The notes under the pieces were generated by a model, which was given only the letters and a program-made list of their open reading frames with translations, did no database searches and was not told the DNA's origin. 64,000 bases of DNA from Lytechinus pictus (lineage: Eukaryota), in NCBI RefSeq assembly GCF_037042905.1, contig NC_087251.1:41542001-41606000 (forward strand), written 5' to 3'. Each line of letters begins with the position of its first letter. Position 1 is the stretch's first letter. This document shows positions 27,466 through 40,530 of this stretch, one piece after another. Both the position numbers and the translations under genes were made by a program.

Positions 27466-30204
27466 CCTTACTTTATCTCCCTTCTGTCTTTTTTTGTTAT
27501 CTTACCAGTCAGCTCATCTTTTTTTCAGATGTTAAAGCTCATCTCAGCAGAAACATAATTTCTCTGAAGCATTTCACGAAACAAGTGATTATATACTACT
27601 GAAATCCTTGCATGTGATTGGCTGAGATCAAATTTGTCAGTGAAAAATCAACTGACAAGATGCTCCATGAAACCGTGGACCTACTAAGGTCCATGATGAA
27701 ACACACCACACAGAATATGAATAAGCCCTTCACCCTTTCCTATCTGTAATATCCTCCATTAACATATTGACAATGAATAAAGATAATGAAAACATTGATA
27801 AAAGAGACATTTCTCTTCTTCCACAGTTTCTCCAAATATACATGGCTCTGGTTTGGTATAGGTTTCATGTTTGAGATATTTGTTCTAGTTCAGAATAATA
27901 AGGGAATATAAGCTAGAGATTTACTAGAGAGCAGTAATTGCTGATGTAATTGCCATATCTGATATGTCTATTATCAATTTATTTCAGCCGCCATCACTAA
28001 CATGGATTTAGTGGATTCCAAAGCACAATAAATTTATTACCTATTTTGACTGCTTTCACAGACATTATCCATCCCTTCCAAATTTCGCTATTAGATTTGT
28101 TTTGATTGGATTCTGTTGCCTTTTTCTTATATTGTCATGCAACTCAATCACAGCACATTGAAACAAAAATGACCTGGGGCAAGTGTAGGCCTACAGTTTG
28201 AACGACATTCTTTGATAAATAATTTACGACCATTTATCTATTGATCCCTTGTGAGTACTAGAGATGCTTGTGGCTTTCATCCATATAATTAATATCTGAC
28301 ATATTTTGATTGATAATGTGTTGAAATTATGGGTATTCATGTAATTTTGTCCTTATCCGATTTCCACCTGTAAAGTCCTATTCAGTGCATTAGATTCACT
28401 CGTCTTAATACAATGGAGATAATTGAAGGGGATGACCATCGATATACTGATCCCATCAATTTAATGAAGACCTCTTGTATTGTTAACATGAGATCAAGGA
28501 TTTTCTATCAATAAAAACAGGATGTAAACAACTTCAGTACAAATAGAAAAATAGATTTCGATTCAGTTCAGCCAGAGTACAGCACTTATCTTCTCAACGA
28601 ATCCGAATATTTTAGTTTTCATTGGTTTTATAAAGTGGACAGAGGTAAAATTAAAAACATACAAGTTTCTTCTATCCCTAAAACAATAAATGATTTGGAG
28701 TTATTATGATTGTTTTTCTATTTGGATAGATGTGGATAGTAAAAAATATAGTTTTTAAAATGTACTTTAATTTTGAGAATTAATATTGTGGAATCTGTAA
28801 TTGAATATTTTTTGGGGTAGCATTGCATCATGATGACTGTTTGGCATACTAGATGTTTGAATCACCCATCCATTTCTTACCAGGGTTGGGGCTTTAAAGA
28901 ATCTTGTAGGAATCTTAAAAGGAAGGAAGAAGACCTCATTGTGAAGGAATGTAGTAGCCATTGTCCAGTTTTTTGGTGAGTGACCATCAAGTGGACAAAG
29001 AACGATACACATGACAGCTCATCTAGCTCTCAGAGGTATCGATTGGCTACTGGCTCCTTTCATTTCTTCATGCTGCAATGCCCGTTCATCAAACCCCCTT
29101 CTATTCTTTGTTTCTATCTTCCTTTGTGATGGAAGGAGGGATGGTCTACTGATGATGCCCAACCAAGAAGGGTATGGGGGGAGAAACCCACAAGCCACAA
29201 TAAAAGGGTTATAATCAATTGCACAAAAGTCCCGTGAATAGATCTGAATAGGGATCATAAAAGGAAAGCAAATAAAAGAAGGTTGGTTTCATCTGGCTTC
29301 CTGAAGAATGCTGGCCCTACAATCTTGGTTTGATTCACAGGATTAATGCCTAAGCCGATGTACAATGCAGATTAGCAGTCTTAAAAAAAAAATGAAAGCT
29401 GAGATTGTAAGTCGGCGAAGAGAAATGAGTGATGGAAAGCTGCGGTAATGTCTGATTGGCCTCTAAAAAGTGTCTCTCCTTCTAACAGGTGTGTGGATTT
29501 TAGCCGCTGGCCTGGGCCCCGGGGATGATTTACACCTCTATCTGCTTTATATCGAATAAAGTTACCTTTTCTTTTGCAAGGTGACTCATCCCTTTAAATT
29601 CTAAAATCCTTTCCTTAAAGATGTTACGCTACAAGGTCATAAGATAGTGATGTCTTCAGAATGTTACATCCCCATTATTATGACCACTAGCAAGAGTTGA
29701 TAGAAATAAAGTTTACTCACCCTAAATTATTAAAACCATATTAATTTTGCCGTAAATGTAGTTATTTCATCTCTGAATTAATGGAGAATGAGAAAGGGAA
29801 CATTGCAGTGATGAAACCATTAATTCATTTTCTTCATAGTACCGCAGGCAGTATCACTGAATTTTCATACTGTAGTAGCTTTAATAGAAAGGATCTTCAC
29901 AATGTCCCTTTCTTGTGAACTAGATATCATTTAATGAAAACTATTATTAAAAGTTTAATATTAAAGCATTAATGCAGACTCGAATTCAGGGGCACTCTTT
30001 TAGCATAAAAAATGATTAAACAATTTTGATCATTCAGTGGACGTCTATTGCTCCAAGTTTGATTTTCTTTAAAAAGATGACCAGACAATATTTGTTCATT
30101 CTACCTTATTGAGCGGAGGATCCAACTCATGAGCACTTCATGTCTTTCATATTCCAGCCAATCTCTTTCCTTTCTTGATAATTATAGTACTAAGTTTTTA
30201 TATA

Positions 30205-30264
30205 AGAAAGTCAAAAAGGGGCCTAAGCTTTCGATCCTAGCAGAATCTTCGTCGGAGGCAAAAA
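30205..30264 (-). mobile_element. Penelope-like retroelement fragment with 13-bp TSD
   Basis: AAGTTTTTATATA at 30192-30204 and 30265-30277; the insert carries a minimal hammerhead. Confidence 0.7.
30221..30259 (-). ncRNA. Minimal type I hammerhead ribozyme (U4C variant)
   Basis: Minus strand GCCU-CCGACGA-A-GAUUC-UGCUA-GGAUC-GAAA-GC-UU-AGGC. Confidence 0.7.
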
Positions 30265-30594
30265 AAGTTTTTATATAGTGCAAATTACTGTTAAGTCTAA
30301 TAGCATTCTAAAAAGAAGGAATGAGAGCAAGAAAGAAAAATAAAATATTGAACCTGTATATGTCATCACCTTTTATTTCTCTATTTTTATTTTAAATTCC
30401 AAAAGTTCTTTTTCAGGACTCTCCATGTTCTTTTTCAGGACTCTCCATATGGTGATGTGTTAAACCTCACTTACATTTAAACCTTCTTGTGTGTTCATCA
30501 TGTTTTTGTTTTGTTTTGATTTTTTGTGAAGTGCACACCTAGTTACCAATAATACATATAGCATTTCCATTTATTTGAATGCAGTATGAAATAA

Positions 30595-30712
30595 AAAGAG
30601 CATTGTCGATTAAATGCCTTGCTCACAGGGATAGGTGCTGCAGCCGGGGATCGAACCTCGGACTCTCCATGTACATGTATAGCCAGACGCCTTAGACCAC
30701 TCCGCTTCCGCA
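30595..30712 (-). mobile_element. tRNA-derived SINE fragment
   Basis: Minus strand has A-box-like GAGTGGTCTAAGG and B box GGTTCGATCC followed by GAGCAAGGCATTTA. Confidence 0.75.
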
Positions 30713-33700
30713 CCTTCATGTCAAGAAGTGACTGGAAGACAAACGGGAGAGGATTTCAGGAAGAGTTTTGTCAGTGATTTTTACTGACAAATTAGCTCTT
30801 GGCCAATCGGATGCGAGGTGCTCCAGTTGCTTATAACATCTGTCACTGACAAAAATCTTCGTGAAATGCTCGCAATGACCACTTTCTGTTCTCTACATTG
30901 TTAATTCTGATGCTCAAACAATTCCAAATTTAATGAAGTCTGATTCCATGAACTTCTTGCAAAATTTGGGAACATTTTTAGTTTACAAGAAGTTGTAGTT
31001 TATGACTGTTCCCCAGGCCGGTAGATTTGAAATATTCATACTGCAAAATTGCAAATCTAGGGCAAACAAGTCTATTGGACTTGATGAGTGTTCATTATAT
31101 TCATAGAAAACATCAAGTATGAAACTCACTCTTTATTGTTTCTTTTCTAGGACTTGGGAAACGTTTCATGGAAGGATTTGTGAGATATTTTATCTGATAA
31201 ATATCTGTTTTATCAAATAAAAATGTGTTTTATCTGACAGTTACCTAGGAACTGTGCTTATCAGCCAATTATAATCTATGAAAATTGTCAGATCTGACAA
31301 CTTGTCGGACAACAAACATTGATGAACTGATCCCCTGAAATCAGTTCAGTAATGAACCAAATCAGTAGTCAATAATATCTTTAGTTTCAAGCAGAAAAGT
31401 GTTTGCATCACAACATTACATTTTGATTAATCTGGACAGCTAACATTCTTCAGAAAAATTAATTAGGCCTATAGATAAAAACACATTGATTACTTCCTGT
31501 TGCTCTAGTGTGCTCTATTATAGTTATATCCCGATTTCAAGAAAAGAGATTTCTCAATTGTTCAGGTTCAAGACCGTGGGTTTTATTTTGAAAAGACTTC
31601 TAATTTGTGAGTCTCTCTCTCTCCCTCCGCCCGCTGGGTCTGAACAATTAGCAATCAAGGTCCTACTTCAAGATCATCAGCATGAATAGTAGGATCAGAA
31701 TTGCCTTCATTAGGGTTCAGATTATTGCTGGGAAAACCTCAAAATAATACTTAATTTAGAAGTAAGAATAGAATCCATACCTCAACGTATCTAGCATCCT
31801 TTATATTTTTCATTTCCTTCTATACGTTTTTTTAAGTGTTTTCTCTTGTACAATTGAAACCCCTCACATTCTCATGGTGTTTGAAATAATTTATGAAATC
31901 ATTTCATGGAAAATATCTTGTATCTTGACTTTGGAGTCTTGAATTTGTTTCTTATTTCTATAGTTGAATTCAAGCCAATTGCAGGGATAGTACCCCTTTT
32001 TTAGCTAATCATTTAAAAATTTTAAATAAAAATATATATGATTGACATTTCCAATGGATAATTAATTTGTTAAACATGATAGACTTACTGTTACAATCAA
32101 ATCTTGCAATTTATTTGTTATGTTACCAAAGTATGGGGTCTCATTAATTCCAATCATAAATTGATACAAAAGAAAAAATGACTCAAAGCGAGAGCAAATA
32201 TTGCTCCTGACATTGCAGCTATAGAGTGAGTCTTTTTAGGTCAGAGCCTGTGGGATCATTTAGAGGCCCTCTGTATGTGATTTACGGTCTGTTTTCAACA
32301 GTTGTTCTGGCTAACAACCTGGTGTGCCTACACAAGAACAGTGAGGATTACCATTGTAAAAGGTGAATACTTTCTAAACCAGCCCCAGGGTACACGCGGC
32401 ATGGAAGGTCCCATGTGCTCTTATACAGCAGCAGCACCCTTTCATAATCACTAACGCAGCAATGAGTAGGTAGATCTAGGGGGGAAGGAAGGGGAAGGGG
32501 AGGGGGTTACAACTAATGCATGAAATATCAAACCCTACATTTTTTTTCTCCATCAGGTGAGAATCAATCTGACCAATTATTTCCAACAATTATTCCATGG
32601 AAGTTTATCGGCCGAGAACACTAGTTTGTAATACTGCACGCCTGCTAGAAATGTATCCGCTTCTGCATTGTACCTAAGTGTCAGAAACCCAGTGTACTAT
32701 TGCAAAAGATCGTGACGCTGGCCAAAAAATCCCCATCACCCGTTGTACGTCAGTGGGCCTTGTGTCAACACCGAAGTAGTTTTCATGCGGAATGTCGGAA
32801 ACAGCTTGTCAATTTGTCAATCAATCTTGCAATTGGCAACACCTGGGCTTATCTAGACCAGTCACTATTGTGGCATTGACCAAATCTATAGGTGTCATGA
32901 CGTTTGAAAATTCAATCGATGGCGGCAACTCTTTGAAATTTAAGTACCTGTGCTCAGTTATTACTGACTTAATTGTACCCGTATTCATTCCAGAAAAGTT
33001 CTTTTGACTGGACAGAAAATAAAATTCACACTCTGTGACTGTATGAAACCATAAAAATGTTTATTGTATTCATTAACCATTTCAATTTTAAAAAGAAATA
33101 TATTCTTTTTTTCTTGCATTAATCTCCTAATAGTATTACCCATTTGAATAAATCTTTCTTGAATACTATCAATACTTTCCATGTTGTTTTCCTTCTTTAT
33201 ACTTTGTATCTGACCTGTGACTCTCTTAAAAAGAAATTGTTACAATATAATATGACCACTGTTCCAGAATAAAGTTTTATGGTATCCCTCAAATATGGTT
33301 AGTTTTGATCAAATCCTGTTTTTTTTTAAGGTTATGGCTCTATTGAATCGAGGTATTGAGTATATGTAACTGTTAACAGCAACTGAAAGCATTCTAAATC
33401 ATTCAGCTTTGGATAGTGTAATGATTTTGCTTGTATCTACAATTGTGATTTCCCTTCAGATCTTCCTTGTATAGACATTTGAAACCAAACAATACCTAAA
33501 ATAGTGAAATGGGACTAAGCAGATAAGAAGGTTCTTATTGCTTTCTTTTCTCCTCAAAATTTTGCATTATCTGTTTTAATCAGATGATCTCATATTGTGC
33601 AGAAACATATCCCCATAAGACAAGCTAATCACCATTGTCCGCATTAGAATTGGAGCTTAGTGCTAAGGATCAAGAAAAGAATTAGTCCAGATCTTCAAAT

Positions 33701-35504
33701 CCTCATTGTCCACTTCAAATACTTGTATATGAACCCTTCTGTTAAAGGTTTAGGACCTTTCTCTGTGAAAATCGTTGAAATGGAGACATCATTGTACTGT
33801 GAAAATTTGGTTCATTATAAGTTCCAAACTGTATCAGTTTGATCCATGGAGAAAAATTACACAGGAGCTTGGGGTGATTTTGCCTCCATAATGCTCTAAA
33901 GAGGCCAGGAAATAAATACATTTTGAAAAAAATGGAAAATCCACATTAACCTCAATGTTAAAGCTTAGCAGATGAAGGCAGTAAGTCGTGGAAAGTAACC
34001 CCCGAAAATAAAATGAAAAATTTTGCCTGGTTTGATATCAACCAAACATTATTCTTTCTCAAAATCGTGTTCTGTTAGTTGTTATTTTGTCATATTTGCA
34101 GTCCATCACAAACATTTGTTGTCTTAATGTAAGGTTGTTAGCATTTTGTAAAATCCTAATGAATGTATAAAAACTGCATGATGAAATCTCTCTCCGAAGT
34201 CGATTGGTGAGTGCATGAAAGTGGGTGTCAGTAAAGAGATAGAATGAAAAGAAAAAGATGCATTCATGATTTGTTTGGGGTTGATTTTTTTTTTTTGGGG
34301 GGGGGAGGGGGTCTAATTGGTATAAAATGAGAAAATCTCTACCTTGCAATCTCATTAGAAATGTAAGCATCTTTTTTTGATATTGACACCAGATATTAAC
34401 AGTCTCATCCCCCATTGACTTCAACATCCTCTTACTCTTGGATGAGATCTTAGGGTTGTAATAGGATTCTGGGTGTTTGATATCAAACCCACCAGCTAGT
34501 ACTGACTCTGTTAGGATCCTAATCCTATCAAAGTTTTAGACAATTTAAGATGATTGCCTTCCCTCATCAACCGCTTTTAACACTATCCCTCCTGCAATTG
34601 TTTGCAAACATGGGAATTAGCACCAAATTAGAGATGTCTGTGGTAATAAGCACATTTTTATTGAGACTGAAGTGTTTAAGGCTGTATTAGCCAAGTATTA
34701 GATGTCAAATAGGATATGTGTTGACTTAACACCCTCACCTGCAGGGTGTAACACCAAAGCAGCTTGGGTTATATAAACAAGCCTTTACTCTGGTTTTATT
34801 CCAAAGATGGCTTTATTCCGTTTATCTTCAAGATTACTGATGTCCGCTATTGTATTGTGCTGCATTTAGATACCGTATAACATGTTCTTCAACTGGTTTA
34901 TCTCAATTTGATGTAATGAGCTTTATGTTATTGGCAGTTGTTACCTGGGTGGTTTTGCCCTTTTCAACAAACTTGTGTTAATGATTACAACTACTTATAT
35001 GTTATAGTGACTGGTTGATATTTAGTTGTCATTGTTGTGAGCTCATTGAAAAACTGGTAAATCTGATGAATGATATTTAAATCAACTGAATCAAGTGTCC
35101 CTTCTGTCAGAGTTAAGTCTGGACCTATACTCTGGTATAGTTCTAAGAAATGCAGTCAGAATTGATAATTACTATATGAATTATATTGAATTTTAGATGG
35201 TCAAATACTGTTAAAGGTTTTATGATTTTTCTTGATTATATATGTTTTTAATGACTCTGACATTTGAAGTTTGTCAGTTTATCAATTTTCAGTTGATAAA
35301 TTCAGAAAATTAAAATCATTTCCATCCTGATGAGTATCCAAAGTCGTCACTTTTCTGTCATAAGTAGCAATTCTTACATTTTCACCTTGGTTTTTTTTTA
35401 CCAAAGAATATTAATTTTCAAGATGTGGATTCTTCTCTTAAGAAAGTGAAATTCCTTTTATTCTTATTTTTCCTTGTTTTTATTCTGAATACTCTCTGTT
35501 TCAG

Positions 35505-35562
35505 GCAACCAGATAGATTGTGTGTAATATGGACAAGAAGGGGCAGGAAGGAATCCACTGAG
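35505..35562 (+). CDS. EHBP1: EHBP1 coding exon 2 (QPDRLCVIWTRRGRKESTE)
   Basis: Acceptor tttcag, donor GTGAGT, 58 nt, phase 2->0; WTRR motif of NT-C2. Confidence 0.95.
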
Positions 35563-35798
35563 GTGAGTATATATTATATTATCACATATTTTGTCTGTTT
35601 TTTTCTTCACTTAATATATATTAACTGTTGTCTATTATGGGTATTTTGCATTATTTGTATACTTGATTGATCTTATAATAGATTTGATAAATGGATTGTA
35701 TTCGCTGATAAATCAAAACATATGGAGATATAAACATGATCATTGGGAATCTGTTTGAGATAAAAATCTTATTATCAAACATCGGGTTTAGATGTTAA

Positions 35799-36189
35799 AG
35801 GTTAATGCTAGTTTTGGTAACGATATCAAAATGAGTTCATACAGAATCCAATGAAATGACCACCAAAGTGTCTGTATAAATAAAACGCATGTGCCAAAGG
35901 ATTCTGGAAGAAATTGTGTAATTGCTGAGAAATCAGCAAATAAGCACAGGATTCGGGTAGAGCGTCGGGCCCGACGCTCAAAGCAATAATTATACACTGT
36001 CCCACGTGCGCTTATCTGTGTTGGGGAAGTTCAGTCTGAACATTTTTCGGCGTAGATTTCAAGATTTCACAAAGTTCAGTTTATGTAACTGTACCAGATC
36101 TAGATCCTCGATGATATACTGACAATTAAGCCTGGTTTTACAGACTTTCTCATGAAATCAGTGTTTACTGCAACTACTGGAATTTCTCT
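35799..36189. mobile_element. Kolobok-like MITE, TTAA TSD
   Basis: TTAA|AGGTTAATGCTAGTTTTG ... CAACTACTGGAATTTCTCT|TTAA. Confidence 0.7.
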
Positions 36190-36742
36190 TTAACTTGCTT
36201 TAAATCTGATACTGTAGAGTACATAGAGATCAGTAGTGCCCTCAAATAAGATTGTGATTTGTTTTTCTTATTATGTGATCGTTACAATCGATTCCTGCTC
36301 AATAGATGTTGTCTTCAATGAATGACTGTTGCAATGGATGCGAAATAATTCATTTTAAACCTCCATAAGATTATACACTGTGGAATCGACAGAATCGTAC
36401 TCATATTAAGAAAACAAATCCTTTAAAGCCTGCCTCCACACTACATGGGAGGCTCAAAATAGACTTAGATTTTGATTTTAGTATTAATTAATACCACTAT
36501 TCAGAACTTTGTTAGAATTTTATGGGTTGTAGTATTCATATCAAATGATATTTCAGTTTCTTTGAAAATCAACTCTCAATAGATCATGTACTGTGTGCTA
36601 TAAAGCTTCAGAGATTTTGCCCCGTGATTTCTAATGGGTGTGAGTAGAAATAATGATTGTTTGTTTTTGTTTTCATTTCTTTATGTCTATTTATGAATTC
36701 TTTCATATTCTTAACTTTTTTTTTCTGGTGTTTATTTTGCAG

Positions 36743-36838
36743 CTTCACAAATGGGTACCCGGAATCAAAGACCCATACAAAGGCACAGTAACATGGACAG
36801 TACCAGAGAATTTGGAAATCACCGTTACATTATTCAGA
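36743..36838 (+). CDS. EHBP1: EHBP1 coding exon 3 (LHKWVPGIKDPYKGTVTWTVPENLEITVTLFR)
   Basis: Acceptor tttgcag, donor GTAAGT, 96 nt, phase 0->0. Confidence 0.95.
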
Positions 36839-36897
36839 GTAAGTTCATATTATTTACTTCATATAAATGATGACAATAATTATAATAATAATAGCAT

Positions 36898-37100
36898 GGA
36901 GCGTTGTGGCCCAGTGGATTGGTCTACCGACTTTGAAACAGAGGGTCGTGGGTTCAAATCCCAGCCATGGCGCAGTTTCCATCAGCAAGGAATTCATCCA
37001 CAGTGTGCTGCACTCAACCCAGGTGGGGTAAAGGGGCACCCGGTAGGAATTAATTCCTTGAAATGCATGTGCGCTGTAAGTAATTACGGCCGCCAAGCTT
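36898..37100 (+). mobile_element. tRNA-derived SINE
   Basis: TGGCCCAGTGG (A box), GGTTCAAATCC (B box), body TGTGCTGCACTCAACCCAGGTG shared with the 40250 copy. Confidence 0.85.
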
Positions 37101-37219
37101 GATACAAAGAATTATAAGGGTAAGTTTTTTAGTTCAAGGTAGCAAGTTTACCACTTAATCAGAATCTCTAAGCATCCTACTATAATGCAACATTATTATC
37201 CTGTCTATTTTTCAAGGAG

Positions 37220-37296
37220 TTAGGTCCTACCAGGTACCCATTTACCTCACCTGGGTAGAGTGAAGCACACTGTAGATGAATTCCTTGCTGAAGGGA
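37220..37296 (-). mobile_element. Partial SINE of the same family, inverted
   Basis: Reverse complement of the body of the 36898 and 40250 copies. Confidence 0.75.
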
Positions 37297-37428
37297 CAAT
37301 TTTGTAGCTTTTATTCACTTTTGACCATTTGAAGATTCAACCGAGACTGTCTAGCTGCGTATGTATTGTCCCATTATATTGTTTTGAAAGTGATGTTTAA
37401 TATCTATTTTTTGTTGTTGTGATTTCAG

Positions 37429-37485
37429 GAAAATCGAGCCGATGCTCTGTTTGAGGACAAAGAATGGCTCTTTGTTTTAGAAGAT
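37429..37485 (+). CDS. EHBP1: EHBP1 coding exon 4 (ENRADALFEDKEWLFVLED)
   Basis: Acceptor tttcag, donor GTAAGT, 57 nt; FEDKEW motif. Confidence 0.93.
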
Positions 37486-38666
37486 GTAAGTAACGTTGTG
37501 GTTCATGAAACAGAATTCATGTTTTTTGCTGGGTACATTTTTTTTATGACAAAACAGAATTTCCATTTAAGATCACAAGTTTGAAATGGAATTACAGGTT
37601 TTCAGAAATGGAAAAGGTCCTGAGCCACTAAGAGCTGAATTATATCATCGACTCTTTTAACGTGTTAATGTTGCCATTTGGCACTAGATAAGTCCATAGA
37701 TCTATGATAACTCTGCATTCAAGTTCCCGTCTGTCTGACGTATATGACCTGATTTTGAGTTGTTATGTACATGTAGGTCAACTCACAAGAATAGAATCTA
37801 GGTACATGGCATTGCTTGTATGTTTTCTATGGGTCATCAAATACTTTGTATTTCCATCTCAGTTGAGTAGAAATGATAAAAAGGGCTTCATTCCATCTAT
37901 ATCTTTCCTGTTTCATTTCTTCCAATGAGTTGAAGGATCATCTTAAAAACTTTGATAGATCAGTCCATCTTATTGGAAGTCATACAAAATGAGACCATTG
38001 TTTTTTTTATTAGTCTCATGTCCCTTATTTTGTTACTACCTTGTCTGGAAGTTGCCTTTAACCACCAGCAAAATCCATAAAGGATTGATTGGAACGTTTT
38101 TGTGACTAAATTGTACAAAATTATAAGATATTGTACGATCATACACAAATCATCAAATTTGTCCTTTTGTATTGATCATAAAATGCAAAAGGAGTATGGG
38201 TAAGCAATTCAAATTAGTAAAATAAAATTAATTTTTGGCAGTTCAAGGGGGATATTCTCACTTGATTCCAGTAATAAAGATGATTTCTAAAAACAATTGT
38301 TTTAAATTTTGCTGAAATAAATAAGTAGGTATATGCTGTAAAGATACCTCGGTGTAATCCTTGGGTAATACCACATTTGTGGTGATGAAGATGGTGAGGT
38401 CAAAGATCATCTAGGGGTCAAAAGATCAAATGATTAAACATATAAATTTTGTTTAAACTTCTAACAAATGATCATTGGGTATTGTCACGTATAGTCCTAC
38501 AAAGCTTAGGGTCAAAAGGTAATTTTGCATGTTTGTTTTTTTGATGGTGAAATCAGGTGAGACACGTGAACCACCTTGTTATTTAAAATTTTTGTCGAAG
38601 AATTATTAAAACAATTCTTCATCTTTCGAAAGAAAAATGATTTGACAACTTTTTCATGATATGCAG

Positions 38667-38848
38667 GAAGCAAAGAAAGGCAAGCGTCGCGTGTTAGCAC
38701 AAGGTGTAATCAACATGAAAGACTTTGCTAGTATGGTGCCAACGCAAGAAAGACAGAGGATTACATTAAAACCTGTGAGTAAGAAGATCGTCAGTGCATC
38801 CCTAGAGCTCACCGTTTCCTGCATGCTCCTCAGAGAAGGGGCCGCGAC
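38667..38848 (+). CDS. EHBP1: EHBP1 coding exon 5 (EAKKGKRRVLAQ...LLREGAAT), end of NT-C2
   Basis: Acceptor atgcag, donor GTAAGT, 182 nt, phase 0->2. Confidence 0.95.
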
Positions 38849-39565
38849 GTAAGTCTTCATCATTATTTGGGAGTTGGTTCTAGACTGAGGGTGCAACTTT
38901 TATGACACGCTTTATATTTGGCAGATATTGTTATTTCTCAGTCCTTGCAATCCCTCATTTCTTGTAACAGTTTTTTGGCCAATTCATCGTCCTTAACGCA
39001 TTTCCCTGAGCTGCACTACCCGGATGGTCGTGTTGTCATCATAATACTGGAAGTTAACTGTGTTCTGCTTATGAATTCATACACACTTGTAAAATAATGG
39101 TATCATATTCTCTCTTGATTAAGATAAGAGAACACTTTAGTCATACTTGACATAAGATTACGTGTCATTAAAGTTACTTTGCAGATTTAAAGCTGTTTAT
39201 TATCTAATCTAATATATATCAGTTATAAGAACTATCCCTAATTTACGAGCAATGCTCATGAAATTCAGTAACCTTGTTTGAGATCTATAGCTTGATGCAT
39301 TTTTGCTCCTTGAAAACTGTTTCTGTTTGTTGAAAGTGATAATCTTTGTATGCCAAAGATAGTACTTTTCCCCAGAATAATGTTGAATTAGAGACTTTAA
39401 AACCTATTTTAAAATGTATATGTTCATGGTATGAGAATGCTGCCTTCATGGAATAATATACAACTAATGCATGACACCAAAGGTTTTTAGGATTATTTGC
39501 CCAAAGGTGACTTTGTAATTCAGAAAATCAATATCAAAATCACAATCCTCATCATTAACAGCAAC

Positions 39566-39567
<2 letters not shown>

Positions 39568-39615
<48 letters not shown>
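39568..39615. repeat. (CAT)n microsatellite
   Basis: About 16 CAT units. Confidence 0.95.
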
Positions 39616-39988
39616 GAAGATCTGAAACACACAAGGCAAAACCAAGTTTGTTTTGGACCGTTCTAAATTTAAAGAGAGTAGCTACTTTACTCATGTCCAA
39701 TTGACGTATGCTTATCATTTTATAATATAATAAAATTCATAAAGTTTTTGTGGTCAAAGTACTTCTTACCAGTAACTCTCGTACTTCTGAATGCTCTTGT
39801 TGATCATTGGAATGTTGATTTTGCTGGTAGCCAAAAAAAAGGGCTAGTCATGTGCTTCAACAAATCATTTGATTAAAATCCATATTACCATCTTATAATT
39901 ATCCATATTTTCCAATTGACTCCTTACTACCCATGATACAGAGAACATTGCCTGTAAGTATCCCAACTTTTTATCCATCTACTTTCAG

Positions 39989-40209
39989 TGATGATGATAT
40001 GCAGAGTCTTGCCAGTATTCTTAGCTTTCACCAACCGGACATTGCCGATCTCAATGATTTCGATGACGAGGACGACGAGTTCGATCGCGAGATCCTTACA
40101 TCGGAGAAGATCTCTAAATTGGCAAGTCAGTACACCTTCATGGGACCGGATGATAATACAGAGGATCCTTTCAGCGCTTTAGATGCTTTAGAAGAGGAAG
40201 AATATACAG
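39989..40209 (+). CDS. EHBP1: EHBP1 coding exon 6 (DDDMQSLASILS...EDPFSAL...EEEEYT)
   Basis: Acceptor tttcag, donor GTAAAT, 221 nt, phase 2->1; TDDDMQSLAS motif typical of EHBP1. Confidence 0.92.
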
Positions 40210-40249
40210 GTAAATAAGATGAGATGATGATTGTAATGGTGGCAGTGTT

Positions 40250-40530
40250 GGGCCTTCATGGTCTAGTGGTTATGACTCTCGTCTTTCAATCTGGGGGACG
40301 TGAGTTCGATTCCTAGCCATGGCGTGTTTTCCTTCAGCAAGAAATTGACCCACATTGTGCTGCACTCAACCCAGGTGAGATGAATGAGTACCAGGTAGGA
40401 AGAAATTCCTTGAATGCTTGAATGCCTAGGTAGCCAAGCTGAAGCCTGGGAAATAATAGCAGGGTCCACTGGGAGAACAGTTTTCAGAACTGAAGCGGCT
40501 ACCCGGGGTAAACATACCGTTATTATTAGT
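40250..40530 (+). mobile_element. Near full-length tRNA-derived SINE
   Basis: TGGTCTAGTGG A box, AGTTCGATTCC B box, conserved body, (TTA)n tail. Confidence 0.88.

Noticed and set aside
27093..27602. Three overlapping 134-169 aa ORFs (poly-L/S/F)
   Set aside because: Artefact of a stop-free triplet microsatellite
35327..35350. CTGATGAG hammerhead-like core (also near 53243)
   Set aside because: No stem II followed by GAAA
36898..36970. tRNA genes (also at 40250, 30640, 52480)
   Set aside because: A/B boxes run into SINE bodies or are degenerate; no intact cloverleaf acceptor stem
39464..39718. Poly-Asp ORF
   Set aside because: Produced by the (CAT)n microsatellite
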